Positions 24,562 to 61,122 of a stretch of DNA of 64,000 bases are shown here, piece by piece. The first letter of the stretch is position 1. Each line of letters opens with the position of its first letter. Under the pieces are notes generated by a model, which saw only the letters and a program-made list of their open reading frames with translations, made no database searches and was not told where the DNA came from. The translations under genes were made by a program, and so were the position numbers. Source of the DNA: Euglena gracilis (Eukaryota); assembly GCA_039621445.1 (NCBI GenBank), contig CP154954.1, positions 744,001-808,000 on the forward strand, given 5' to 3'.

Positions 24562-25449
24562 TTACTCGGGGGGTAATGCATCCTTATAATAATTAAATGG
24601 GATTTCTATAACCTCAACAAATCCATCCCCCACATTACAGTTGGATGAAACTGCTAGATCTTGTGAAGTAAACATTTTTTCTTCAGGAACAAACGTTCGG
24701 CCCAAATTCCCCCCAGGTATTTGACCGGGTGCTGACATTGACTGCCCGTATGGGTAGACAAATCCTGTTTGCAAAGTCGGATTAAATTGTAACATATCAT
24801 TGCTAACCGGCTGACCTCTTTTTACGGTTTCAGCAATTGCATATGCATTAGCTACACACATACTTAAATAGAAACCAGTTTGCACGATCCTTTTCATCAC
24901 AATAAATGTTCTTGGAGTTAACCATAAAGTGCTTAATGAACCCTCTAGGTCATAACCCTCTTCCAATAAAATTTTATCAAAATCAGTTGACCAAAAATCA
25001 GGATTGAAAATTGAAAAATCTTCAACTTTGAAACTTTGTTCGATAGAAGGAATATTTACTGGGTCTTGACTTGACTTTAAATCATCTTCGGAACGATTGT
25101 CTTCAGAATTATCATTTTTTTGATCATGATTAAAAGAGAAAAAAGAAGCCAAGATTTTTGAAGATTCTTTAAGTACACCAAAAAATTTAAATGCAAAATT
25201 AAATGCGCAATAACCAGAAAAACTAATTACCATAATTACGGCAATTTTGGAAATAAAATTCTTACTATAAAATATTTTAATTTTTTTCCAAAACTCCAAA
25301 GCCTTCAACGAAGGGTCGTTTTTCAAAATTTCATTTTTAGAAATTTCAACGGACTTGATTACTTTTAATGTTCTGTTACCAACTTGAAACAAAAAATTAC
25401 AGTAAAGCGCATATTGGATATAATTTTTCGAAATTATCAATAAAGCCAA
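24562..25449 (-). CDS. hypothetical protein orf295 (possible membrane anchor)
   Basis: 295-codon ORF with the hydrophobic stretch IAVIMVISFSGYCAFNFAF; TTG start, so the start site is uncertain. Confidence 0.7.
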   Translation of the reverse strand: MALLIISKNYIQYALYCNFLFQVGNRTLKVIKSVEISKNEILKNDPSLKALEFWKKIKIFYSKNFISKIAVIMVISFSGYCAFNFAFKFFGVLKESSKILASFFSFNHDQKNDNSEDNRSEDDLKSSQDPVNIPSIEQSFKVEDFSIFNPDFWSTDFDKILLEEGYDLEGSLSTLWLTPRTFIVMKRIVQTGFYLSMCVANAYAIAETVKRGQPVSNDMLQFNPTLQTGFVYPYGQSMSAPGQIPGGNLGRTFVPEEKMFTSQDLAVSSNCNVGDGFVEVIEIPFNYYKDALPPE

Positions 25450-25699
25450 AAGAAAAACTTTTGGATCGTTTTTTTTTTTACTATCCTTAGAAAATTCCTA
25501 AGGAAAAAAATTAAATTGTAAAAAGATAAACTAGTATTAACTAACAAATAAATTTTATAATAATTTGTTTGAAAAAAATACAATAAAATTGCATTGCAGG
25601 TAGCCAACGAATATCGATTAATTAAAATTATATAGTTAATAAAAGAGTGTAAAAAAACAAAATTTCTAAAGAAATACATCGTAAAAATCATAAAATGAA

Positions 25700-26791
25700 T
25701 ATATATACCAATGTACTTATATATATTAATGTACTTATATATATTATATATACTATATATACCAATGTACTTATATATATTAATGTACTTATATATATTA
25801 TATATACTATATATACCAATGTACTTATATATATTAATGTATTTATATATATTATATATACTATTTATAGCAATATACTTATATATATTAATGTACTTAT
25901 ATATATTATATATACTATATATACCAATGTACTTATATATATTAATGTACTTATATATATTATATATACTATATATACCAATGTACTTATATATATTAAT
26001 GTACTTATATATATTATATATACTATATATACCAATGTACTTATATATATATTATGTACTTATATATATTATATATACTATATATACCAATGTACTTATA
26101 TATTAATGTACTTATATATATTATATACTATATATACCAATGTACTTATATATATTAATGTACTTATATATATTATATATACTATATATACCAATGTACT
26201 TATATATATTAATGTACTTATATATATTATATATACTATATATACCAATGTACTTATATATATTAATGTACTTATATATATTATATATACTATATATACC
26301 AATGTACTTATATATATTAATGTACTTATATATATTATATATACTATATATACCAATGTACTTATATATATTAATGTACTTATATATATTATATATACTA
26401 TATATACCAATGTACTTATATATATTAATGTACTTATATATATTATATATACTATATATACCAATGTACTTATATATATTAATGTACTTATATATATTAT
26501 ATACTATATATACCAATGTACTTATATATATTAATGTACTTATATATATTATATATACTATATATACCAATGTACTTATATATATTAATGTACTTATATA
26601 TATTATATATACTATATATATTAATGTACTTATATATATTAATGTACTTATATATATTATATACTATATATACCAATGTACTTATATATATTAATGTACT
26701 TATATATATTATATATACTATATATACCAATGTACTTATATATATTAATGTACTTATATATATTATATATACTATATATACCAATGTACTT
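25700..26791. repeat. 54-bp VNTR, about 20 copies (putative replication-origin region)
   Basis: Unit aatgtacttatatatattaatgtacttatatatattatatatactatatatacc. The Euglena cpDNA origin is known to map near this VNTR, and gene polarity switches around it. Confidence 0.96.
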
Positions 26792-26824
26792 AAATGGTCT
26801 TTACTGAATATTTTCTACATCAGT

Positions 26825-26930
26825 CCCCTTGGTGACCAAGCAAGGGGCACATTTACTATAATGTGTACACTAAAAGCGCGCTTTGTAGGATTCGAACCTA
26901 CTACATCAGGTTTTGGAGACCTACGCCTTA
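26825..26930 (-). promoter_or_regulatory. displaced copy of the rRNA operon leader/promoter region with pseudo-trnW (26877-26930)
   Basis: About 105 nt nearly identical to 6891-6996. Confidence 0.8.
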
Positions 26931-26944
26931 TGGTTTTTTATTGA

Positions 26945-27240
26945 TTATTAACCCTGATTTATTAATTATTAAGTACTTTATGGTTAAATTCCGTAACGTT
27001 TATTGTAATCCAAAGAACCACACAAACTGCTTTCTATTTAGCTATGTGTGTGGCTAATGCATACGTAATTTCTTAAAGGGTAAAAAGGAAGTGAACCCAT
27101 TGCCGAGGAAATGCTTAGATTCGATTCTATTGCTCAATCAGGTTGTATCCATCCATAATCCATCCATACGTCAAGTCCGGATGGAAGAACTGGTTGGTTA
27201 TTTCTGCCAGATAAAAGATGTTTACTTTCCAAGATAATAT
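26945..27240 (+). pseudogene. inverted pseudogene of the orf295 C-terminal half
   Basis: STLWLNSVTFIVIQRTTQTAFYLAMCVANAYVIS*RVKR vs orf295 STLWLTPRTFIVMKRIVQTGFYLSMCVANAYAIAETVKR; further on KMFTFQD vs KMFTSQD. Confidence 0.85.
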
Positions 27241-28786
27241 TTTAAGGTTTAAGATTTCAAGATAAACAAAGTTTATAAGTGTTAGTTAATTATTACAGTT
27301 CATTATCAGAGATAGGTTTTTCAGAAAAATGATATAATGAAAAAATAGAAGATGTTTAGAGCTAACAATATTTTACATGAGTTACATATTTAATGTAATA
27401 TAAAATTGTATGTTTCGTAGGATTTTACTTAGAAACAAACAGAAATGTCTAGATATATATATAGAGTTTTTCTCAATTTCTATTATTCTTGTTCTTATTC
27501 AATGTTAGATTATTATTCGTGATGATAGATTATCTTACTTATTATTATTATTCCTGTAATCACTTATGCTATTATTCTTCTGAAACGTCATATTCAAGTT
27601 ACTTAATATATAATTATGGTAGACTAAATGATTGTACTCTAAAAGTTCGATCTCATTTTTTATGAATAAATACAATACTAAAAATTAATTGTAAGGTATT
27701 AAATATTAATAATATTTTGTAACTACTTTTGATTTATTCATCTGTACTTCTTGTAATACTTCTTTATATCAAAAATGTGGGTAAATTATTTGTATTAGTT
27801 TAATCGGCAAAAAGCTTTGTTAAACAAAATTTTGCTTGTTGCTGGAAATTAAAATTTTACGAAAATGACAATGATTACACTATTTGTGATAATAGTTTAT
27901 TACTAAATATGTATATTTATACTAATATTATTTCAAAAATAGGTAATAATAATAGATTATTTAAGATTTAAAATAATCTATATAAATACTTTATAGTAGT
28001 TATTATGTATTAAACGCGTTTTTATTATTTTTTACTGTCACTAAAATTTTTCAAGAAGCTATTAAAATTTTAAAAGTGTTATAATTTATATATTTTTAAA
28101 AATAAATTTTTGTATATATATAATTCTGTTGTACACTTTTTTGTAATAAAGTTTGTAAATTCCAGAAAATTATATGTTTTAGAATATTTTATTTTTATTC
28201 AATTATTATTCTATGATATTTTTTATACACCCAGATAGTTTTATCTTGTTAACTCATCAATACTCATCAATATAGTAAACAATAAAAATTTTGAAAACAA
28301 TGTGAATCATGTTCGTTTCAAAAGTAATCCAAGTCATTAAAATTATTACTTTGCAAGAGAATTTATGATTTGAAATTAGATTCATTTTAAAAATCAAAAT
28401 TTTGAATTAATTTAATTTCCTTTTATCCATAAATAGTAATTTAAAATTCAAAATTAGCTTTTCTAATGTTTTTTGCTTAAACCTATAAGTTTGTCTTTAA
28501 GAAGTAAATCTAGTTCACATTTTACTTTTTCTTTTTAGTTTCATAATTTTTCAAAGTCTATATTATTATTTTAACTAATAATAAAATTTTTACATAATTA
28601 TGTAAAAAACAAAAAATCAATATCAACTATTGTTTTGTAAGATTTCAATCTACGACATCACGTTTTGGGTACTTTCCATTATTCAAATTTTGTTATAAAT
28701 TTAACATTTTTCAAAATAAAAGACGTTGATTTTAATCTAGATATATATTGCAACTTTTTTATTAACGTTTTTTATTTCGAGAGTTT

Positions 28787-28865
28787 TACCTTCGACCGGA
28801 CTCGAACCGGCAAGCTTATGCATGTGATTTTGAATCACACGTGTTTACCATTTCACCACGAAGGA
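28787..28865 (-). tRNA. trnL: tRNA-Leu(CAA)
   Basis: TCCTTCGTGGTGAAATGGTAAACACGTGTGATTCAAAATCACA...GTTCGAGTCCGGTCGAAGGTA. Confidence 0.92.
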
Positions 28866-28946
28866 AGAATATTTTTAACATTTTTAATGTATTTTCTGAA
28901 ATACTTCTCAGAAAATGTAAATTAGTTTTCTTGTTTTAGCTATTTT

Positions 28947-30323
28947 TTAGTAATTGAACACTTTTTTAAAGGTTTCTTGCACTTTATATCCCGAATCTAT
29001 TGATTCTAAAGGGTCTTTACGTAATCGATGTCGTAAACAAAGCGTAATTACAGTGAAAATGTCTTTAGGTGTTACTTCTGTGCGATCTTCAAATGCTACT
29101 AATGCTTTTGCTGCACGACTTGTTACCATATCTCCTCTTAGTCCATCAACATTTAGTTCAGAACAGATTTGTGATATTTTTTCTAAAAGTTCGTATTTTA
29201 TTATTATGTTTTTTAATTTTTTTCTTGCATTTATAATTTTTTCCATTAGTTTATTTTGTTCTTCCTTATATTTTTCTTTGAACTCTTTAGGGCTTTTTTC
29301 AAATAGTTCTCGTTGTTGTACTATTTTTACACGAAGCGCTGGTTCCTTTAGTGTTTTAATTTGTGCATGCATTCCGAATCTATCTAGTAATTGTGGTCTA
29401 AGTTCTCCTTCTTCAGGATTTCCTGATCCTACTAGTATAAATCTTGCAGGATGGCAAATCGAAACTCCTTCTCTTTCTACCGTGTTCCATCCTGAAGCAG
29501 CGGAATCTAATAAAACGTCAACTAAATGGTCATCTAATAAGTTAACTTCATCAACGTACAATATTCCTCTATTTGCTTGTGCTAGTAGACCAGGTTCGAA
29601 TGCTTTTTTTCCTTCGGATATTGCTTTTTCTATATCTATTGTTCCACAAACACGATCTTCAGTTGCACCTAATGGTAAATCAACCATAGGTGTTTTAACT
29701 TGAATTATCGATACTTTTTCGTTTTTTTTTATTTTTTCTAGAACGTCATCTGACATTAATTCTGTATCATATGGATCAGAATTATATGGGTCGTTTTCTA
29801 TTACATCAATAGGTGGTAGTAAGTCAACAAGCGCTCTAACTATTGTTGACTTTCCTGTTCCTCTATCACCCATTATCATAACACCTCCTATTTTTGGATC
29901 TATTACATTTAAGATTAATGATAATTTCATAAAACTAAATTTTATTTGTTTTCAAACTATACGTGGTTTATCCTTTTAGCTTTGTTTTTTATTTATAAAT
30001 TGTTATTTTATGTTCTTTTGGATTTTCTATAGTTTTCCAAACTGCTTCCAATTAGCTACAATAAATTTTAATAATTTACAAAATTTTTTTAGTTGTGTTG
30101 AAAATTCAGTATTTTATTTGCCAATTTGTTTTATTTTTTATTTATTAATTGTAGTTTAGAGGGTAGTAATTATTTTTAATAATAATAATTATTTTTTTAA
30201 ATTTATAATATTATTTTATTAAGTTTTTTATTTGAATGTGCAATGTGTTTAGCCACACATCTCTTCTTGTCCAACAATAGAAGTAAAAGGAAATACAGGC
30301 CTTTCGTTAGTTTTTTTATTCAT
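28947..30323 (-). CDS. chlI: Mg-chelatase subunit I (exons 30323-30259 and 29928-28947)
   Basis: [33 protein letters not shown]...[11 protein letters not shown]+ motifs; one intron (GTGTG...TTTAT). Confidence 0.97.
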
Positions 30324-30461
30324 AGTAAATTGATAGATTGTTATGCAATATTTTTTGCTTGTGTTCCCTTTTTTAGTATATAAATAGGGGATCTTAATAC
30401 CTAAAATTAGCTCTTTAGTTAATATTAGAGATTACTTATTTTATATTACAAAATATTATTT

Positions 30462-51862
<21,401 letters not shown>

Positions 51863-51920
51863 ATTTTGTAATTTAAATATAAGTTAAAAATAATTTATAT
51901 TTAATTTGTGTGTTTTAAAT

Positions 51921-52002
51921 GCCTTCGTGGTGAAATGGTAGACACTCATGACTTAAAATCATGTGCTTATAAAGCGTACCGGTTCAACTCCGGTCGAAGG
52001 TA
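51921..52002 (+). tRNA. trnL: tRNA-Leu(UAA), no intron
   Basis: Cloverleaf with anticodon arm catga-ctTAAaa-tcatg. Confidence 0.93.
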
Positions 52003-52088
52003 TATATAATAAAATATTTAATTTTTTATGTTATAATTTTATCAACAGTCGCGTTTGCGACTGGGAGATTAATTTAATTAATTTATTG

Positions 52089-55056
<2,968 letters not shown>

Positions 55057-56992
55057 TTTTATATGCTTGTTTTTATCTTTTTTACTAACAAGTATATTTT
55101 TTGTTTTGTTAATTATTTTTTAGTAAGTAGATTTTTAATTAAATAATGTAACGTTTTTAATAATAAAAATCGAATTATTTGGTAAAAAGCTTTTTTTTAG
55201 ATTGTTTTTCTTTTTTTGAAAATTATATTAAATTTCTTTCGATTTTAAAAATATTTAACCAATTGAAGTACATAATTTTTTTCTTATTTTATATTTTTTA
55301 CTACTTCAGTTTTTTTAATTTCTTTTAAAATGAATTCGTATCAAGATTGATGATATTAGAAATTACCCTCAAAAATTGTTATGGTTTATTTTTATTTACT
55401 TTGTTGATATAAAACATATATGAAATAAAATTCATAAAAAACAGTAGTCAGAAGAATTTCTTTGATAAAAATTCTTATTATACAAATAAATATTTAACAA
55501 TTAACTTAATTAATTTAAGTTATTTTATTATTGATCTTAAATTTAGTAATTTTTTTAGATTTCAAAAAATATTTTGTCAATTAGTTTTTAAGTAGATTTT
55601 TAAAATAAAATATTTAATAAAAACTCTTAAAATTAGAAGTTTAATGGACGAACTCTAATCTATTCAACTGACTTAACTAATGTTTGTAGTGTGTTGTTAC
55701 ACAATTCAAGTATTTGATTGAATTTAATAGATTCATATCTCACAATCTAAATAATCTCATTTATTTTTTGAGCAATTTGATAGTTATTAAAATTGAAGTT
55801 TAAAAGAATATAAAATGCAGTATTCGTAAGAGCATCTATATTTTTTAACATCTTTTAGTTTTGTAACAAATAAAATTTATGCATGTTGTACTTCCATTAA
55901 AAACTTATTAAAACTCTAATACTCAGTCCTAGTACAGCGAATGTCCATGAACTCCAACAAATAACACAACTTACTATGAAACTAAATGTAAAAATTACAA
56001 TTCTTGGATCGGTATTTTAATATTGAAGGAAACTACTTTAGATAATTTTTCCAAGTATTCTTTTTTATGATTTCACTTAATGCTTCTGGATTTACGTTTG
56101 TAGCGATATTAATAACTTTTTTTAATGCTTGCCTTTTTTACCAATAGGAGCTTGGTATACATACTTTTCTTGAATTTCTGGAAGATCCTAGTTAATTTTC
56201 TGTAGTTCATCCAGTGGCTTTTGATTTAAACTTGAATTACGTGAAATTAATTCTGTTAAAACCCTGATCTTAGAATTTGGAATAACAATAACGTAGAGAA
56301 GTGTCCAAAAAAGAATTCATCCTATGGCAATCAATATTTTTCTAAATTTTCGGAAAAATCAAGAGATAAATGGCAAATAAGAGAGGATTTATTGAAATAC
56401 GAAGTACCATAATTAGAAGAATTAGAAGTTTTTTTTACGAAAGAACAAACGAAATAGAATTTTTTGAACATATGTTATTATCTTAGGGTGTCTAAAAAGT
56501 TAATTAATTTTCCCAAATTTATTACAATAAAATATAACATTTAACAAAACGTTACATTAAAATTTTTATAGTATGTAAATTAGAAAACATATAAAACCGA
56601 TATCATTTTTTTTGTATATTCCCTTTTAAAGAATGTTTAACGCGTAAATAATTTACTACAAAACTACAAATTTTGTTAAAGTTGAAATCATTCCATTATT
56701 TGAGGTAAATAAAGATTTTTATTAAAATTTACTTTTAATAATGAAATTATTATGTGTTCAGCTAAAAATTTTGTTTTAGTTTTTATGTTTGTTTAAAGAA
56801 AAAGAAGATACGTTAGGGAAGATTTTCTAAATGTTTCTAAATGTAAATTATTTTTTAATTAGCTTTTTTCTTACTCTCTTGTTTTATATTTTAAGGTCAT
56901 TTATTTTTTTTGTAGAAGTTTCATAAATGTAAATTATTCCAGAATTTTAAGGAACTACTTGATCTAAATATTATCTTATTTTTTTTTCGGAT

Positions 56993-57064
56993 TGTCACAG
57001 ATAGGATTCGAACCTACACAAAACAACTTAGAAGGTTGATGCCCGTCCATTAGGCGACTGTGAC
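56993..57064 (-). tRNA. trnR: tRNA-Arg(UCU)
   Basis: GTCACAG...caac-ctTCTaa-gttg...GTTCGAAT...CTGTGAC. Confidence 0.9.
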
Positions 57065-57119
57065 TATATATATTTTAGTTTTTTAGATAAATTTATTACT
57101 AATAATAAATTTATACTTT

Positions 57120-57248
<129 letters not shown>

Positions 57249-57277
57249 TTAAAATTTTTAGGTGCTATTAGATAAAA

Positions 57278-57486
57278 TTATAAATTTCCTTTACGAATGA
57301 AAATTATTCCTATAATTAGTGGTCCAGTTAAAGTTATTAAAGTTAACGATCCTAATTGTATCAAAAGTTTTTTAGATTTATCATTAATCTTATATTAATA
57401 ATATTATTTTAAATATTTATGTATTTTAAAGTATTGTCCTAAACTATTACAGTATTTTCTACGATATTTTTCTCATCTGAATTCAT
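57278..57486 (-). CDS. psb30: Psb30 (Ycf12), one ~107-nt group III intron
   Basis: MNSE|LLIQLGSLTLITLTGPLIIGIIFIRKGNL*. Confidence 0.9.
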
Positions 57487-57533
57487 GTTTTTATTTTTAA
57501 TAATTTATATTTTTCACTTAATTTTCTTTTTAA

Positions 57534-58007
57534 TTATCTAAATTTTACTGAAGCCTGCCATACAAATGCTAGTAGAAAGAATAAAACAGGTATAATAGGA
57601 AGGATTACAAATAGGAACTTTTTCTTAATCAAGATAAATTTTTATATTTGGAAATAAAATAAAAAAATTTTTTTACTTTAGATTGTATTAATTCGTTTAT
57701 TTTAGAGTTTTTTTTTTTAGACATTTATATGTGTACTGTAATATTTTTTATTTTATTCTCATTTTTATTTAATTTTTAATTTTATTTTTTATTTTTTTCT
57801 AATCTCAACATCAATTAGTGGGTCGAATGGAGCATATTGTTCTGGTAATAAGCCAAAAAAAGTGTTAGTGGTCGGATTTAATGTTTTTCCTGAATTTTAA
57901 AGCAAAATTATTATTATTTTATTTTTTAATTTTTTTGTTTTTAGAGTTCTTATGTTAGTTCTTTTTAATCGCAAGTTAAAAAAATTGTTTAAAGTTATAA
58001 AAGACAT
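57534..58007 (-). CDS. psbK: photosystem II PsbK, 3 exons (intron 2 ~204 nt, group III twintron size)
   Basis: [37 protein letters not shown]. Confidence 0.9.
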
Positions 58008-58102
58008 TTTATTTTCCCATATTTATTTTTGAGTTTGTTGTTTTGACAAAATAATTATAATGAGTAAAATTAAGTTCCTATCATTATTATATTAATAATG
58101 AT

Positions 58103-58174
58103 GCCTTTTTAGCTCAGTGGTAGAGCATTGTATTTGTAATGCGGTGGTCGTCGGTTCGAATCCGACAAAAGGCT
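58103..58174 (+). tRNA. trnT: tRNA-Thr(UGU)
   Basis: Cloverleaf, anticodon TGT. Confidence 0.93.
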
Positions 58175-58179
58175 TGTGT

Positions 58180-58251
58180 GCAGATGTAGCTCAGTGGTAG
58201 AGCGCAACCTTGCCAAGGTTGATGCCATGGGTTCGAGTCCCATTATCTGCT
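58180..58251 (+). tRNA. trnG: tRNA-Gly(GCC)
   Basis: Cloverleaf, anticodon GCC. Confidence 0.95.
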
Positions 58252-58263
58252 TATAGATTTTAG

Positions 58264-58337
58264 GGCGGAGTAGAGCAGTCAGGTAGCTCGCAGGGCTCAT
58301 AATCCTGAAGTCAGAGGTTCAAATCCTTTCTCCGCTA
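58264..58337 (+). tRNA. trnfM: tRNA-Met(CAU), initiator-like
   Basis: GCGGAGTAGAGCAGTCAGGTAGCTCG resembles tRNA-fMet; anticodon CAT. Confidence 0.88.
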
Positions 58338-58511
58338 CATCAATTTTTGCATATTTCAAATAAATAAATTTTATAAATTTCTTTATTTTAATATAATACT
58401 TTCTTAGTATTTTATTAATTTACTGTTTGTTCATATTTAAAATTAAAATCATTGTGTAAAATATTTCATTTTGCAGATATATTTATAGATTCAAAGAGTT
58501 CTTAATAAAAA

Positions 58512-58597
58512 AGGAGAAGAAGGGATTTGAACCCTCGGTGTTTATTAGACACACTCGATTAGCAATCGAGCTCTTTCGACCACTCAGACACTTCTCC
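58512..58597 (-). tRNA. trnS: tRNA-Ser(GCU)
   Basis: Long variable arm; anticodon GCT. Confidence 0.94.
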
Positions 58598-58611
58598 AAT
58601 ATTTTATTTTC

Positions 58612-58683
58612 CTGAGGCGGGAGGATTCGAACCTCCGAATGACAGGGCCAAAACCCGTTGCCTTACCACTTGGCTACGCCTCA
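58612..58683 (-). tRNA. trnQ: tRNA-Gln(UUG)
   Basis: TGAGGCGTAGCCAAGTGGTAAGGC...; anticodon TTG. Confidence 0.94.
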
Positions 58684-58711
58684 AACTTTGTATTTATGTA
58701 TAAAGAATTTT

Positions 58712-58744
58712 AGTTGAAAACTATCGAATTTTTAGTTTTCAACT
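58712..58744 (-). terminator. stem-loop just 3' of ycf4
   Basis: agttgaaaacta-loop-tagttttcaact inverted repeat. Confidence 0.5.
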
Positions 58745-58746
58745 TT

Positions 58747-59665
58747 TTAATACCCTTTTATTGGCACATTTAAAAATGATGCTATTTCACTTGCTTGTTT
58801 TTCTAAATCACTTATTTTTATTGGATTTGATAATTGTATTATTGGAAGATCATTTTTATCTTTAATACGCAAAAAAACATTTTGTTTTACATTAAAGTAC
58901 TCATTTTTTATTTCAATTCTAATTCCTTCATTAAAATAATTTTTTAAACTTTTTTTTGAACTGTATGTGCTTTTTGCAGACAGCTCGTTTTTTTGACTCT
59001 TTTTAAATTTTCTTTTCGAATTTTTAAGTTTAATGATTATGCAATAATATTTTTATTTTTTATTAAATTTTATATTTTAATGATTTATTTTTTATTCTAT
59101 TTTTGACATATTAAAATGTTTGTAATACTTTTGATTCTTGGTTTATATTTATAATTATATTTTTTTAGTTAATTACTTATATATTTTATTGAGACGTATA
59201 TTAATTGCAGTTATCTCATTCTTTTACTATGTCTTTAAGTGAATACGTTATATTTATATCAGAATTTTTTCCTTGTTTACCCTTTCGGTAAATTGTCATT
59301 AAATTTAACTCTTTGTTGAATTCGTTATAACCTTCGCCAACTCCGTTTAAAATTATACTTATTTGATTTATACTAAATAAAATTCCGCAAGTACCATAAA
59401 AACACATTGTTATTCCTTGAGGAAAAAATATTATTTCGCTTGCGTCTAAAAAATATATTAGATTATTTCCTATATAACTTGATATTCCTACTATTAAAAA
59501 TCCGATTCCTCCTAATAACATTACAATATTATAAAACCATTTTATTATTTTATTATTTTCTTTTATTTCTTGACGCAATATTTTTGGGAGGTTTATTTGT
59601 TTTTGTTTTGCTTTTATATTTTCATTTTTTGAAAGTGTCATATTATTTATATCTCTTAGATTCAT
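58747..59665 (-). CDS. ycf4: PSI assembly protein Ycf4, 2 exons (intron ~58930-59227)
   Basis: IFFPQGITMCFYG and GVGEGYNEFNK; exon 2 ends LEKQASEIASFLNVPIKGY*. Confidence 0.93.
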
Positions 59666-59672
59666 AAATTAA

Positions 59673-61115
59673 TTATTGTATTATTGATAAAACAACGCCG
59701 GCACCCACAGTTCTACCACCTTCTCTAATTGCAAATCTCATACCTTTTTTCCAATATGTTTTATTTGATATAATTTAAACGAAAGTTTTTATTTTATTTT
59801 ATTTTATTTTATTTTATTTTATTTTATTTTATTTTATTTTATTTTATTAAACGACACTTCTATTGCAATGGGTTGTATTAATTCTACTTTCATTTTTATT
59901 CTATCCCCAGGCATTACCATTTGCGCAGGATTATCATTGTCTGATCTAAATGATTCGATTTTTCCAGTTACATCTGTTGTACGTACATAAAACTGTGGTC
60001 TATATCCTTCAAAAAAAGGTGTATGTCTTCCCCCCTCTTCTTTAGTAAGAATGTATACTTGGGAATCAAATTTTGTATGTGGATTTATTGTTCTTGGTTT
60101 TGCTAATACCATTCCTCGTTCAACATCATTTTTTTGTATACCTCTTAATAAAACTCCAACGTTGTCTCCTGCAAGAGCTTCATCTAAACTTTTTTGAAAC
60201 ATTTCTAGTCCTGTTATTGTTGTGGAACGTGTGTCTTTTAATCCTACAAGTTCTACTGTCTCACCTACTTTTATTGTTCCACGTTCCACACGTCCTGTTG
60301 CTACAGTTCCTCTTCCTGTAATTGATAAAACGTCTTCAATAGCCATAAGGAAATCTTTTTCTGTATCTCTTGTAGGTGTAGGTATATAAGAATCTACTTG
60401 ATCCATTAAGTTTAATATTTTATCCACCCACTTGTTTTCTCCTTTAGTAATTTTAGGATTTTTTGTTAATGCTTCAACAGATAATAGGGCTGATCCAGGT
60501 ATAACAGGAATATCGTCTCCTGGAAACTCGTAATTACTTAGAGTTTCTCGAATTTCTAATTCAACTAATTCTAATAGTTCACTATCGTTTTTGATGGAAT
60601 ATTTTCTTCATTTAATTTTAAAATTAATTTTATTTTTTATATGTTTTTTAAGTTTCTCTTTTAGTGAAGGTTTTTAATTTTTAAGCTTATTCTACTTGGT
60701 CTTCTTTATTTAAAAAAACAACGATGTTAGGTACTCCTACTTGTTTTGCTAAAAGAATATGTTCTTTAGTTTGTGGCATTGGTCCATCCGCCGCCGAAAC
60801 GACTAGTATCGCTCCATCCATTTGAGCAGCTCCTGTTATCATATTTTTTACATAATCCGCATGCCCTGGGCAATCTACATGTGCATAATGTCGATTTTTT
60901 GTTTCATATTCTACATGTGCTGTATTTATAGTTATTCCTCGGGCTTTTTCTTCTGGAGCTGAATCAATATCTTCATATCTTTTGGCTTTTGAATTTCCTG
61001 TTGCAGCTAGAGCCATAGTTATTGCCGCTGTTAAAGTAGTTTTTCCATGGTCAACATGTCCAATTGTGCCTATGTTAATATGTGGCTTAGTTCTTTCAAA
61101 TTTCTGACGAGCCAT
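59673..61115 (-). CDS. tufA: elongation factor Tu, 3 exons, two ~100-nt group III introns
   Basis: [17 protein letters not shown]; last exon [24 protein letters not shown]. Confidence 0.98.
59788..59848. repeat. (ATTTT)n microsatellite inside a tufA intron
   Basis: About 11 tandem 5-mers. Confidence 0.85.
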
Positions 61116-61122
61116 TTTTATT

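Noticed and set aside
25700-26791. CRISPR-like array
   Set aside because: Head-to-tail repeats with no unique spacers and no cas genes.
25695-26944. Long Y/I/L-rich ORFs in several frames
   Set aside because: By-products of the 54-bp repeat, whose length is a multiple of 3.
27300-28780. 1.5-kb AT-rich spacer
   Set aside because: No convincing ORF, repeat or structure found by eye.
28954-29703. 249-aa plus-strand ORF
   Set aside because: Antisense shadow of chlI.
51963-52088. Upstream extension of psbA exon 1
   Set aside because: Overlaps trnL(UAA); the real start is ATG 52089.
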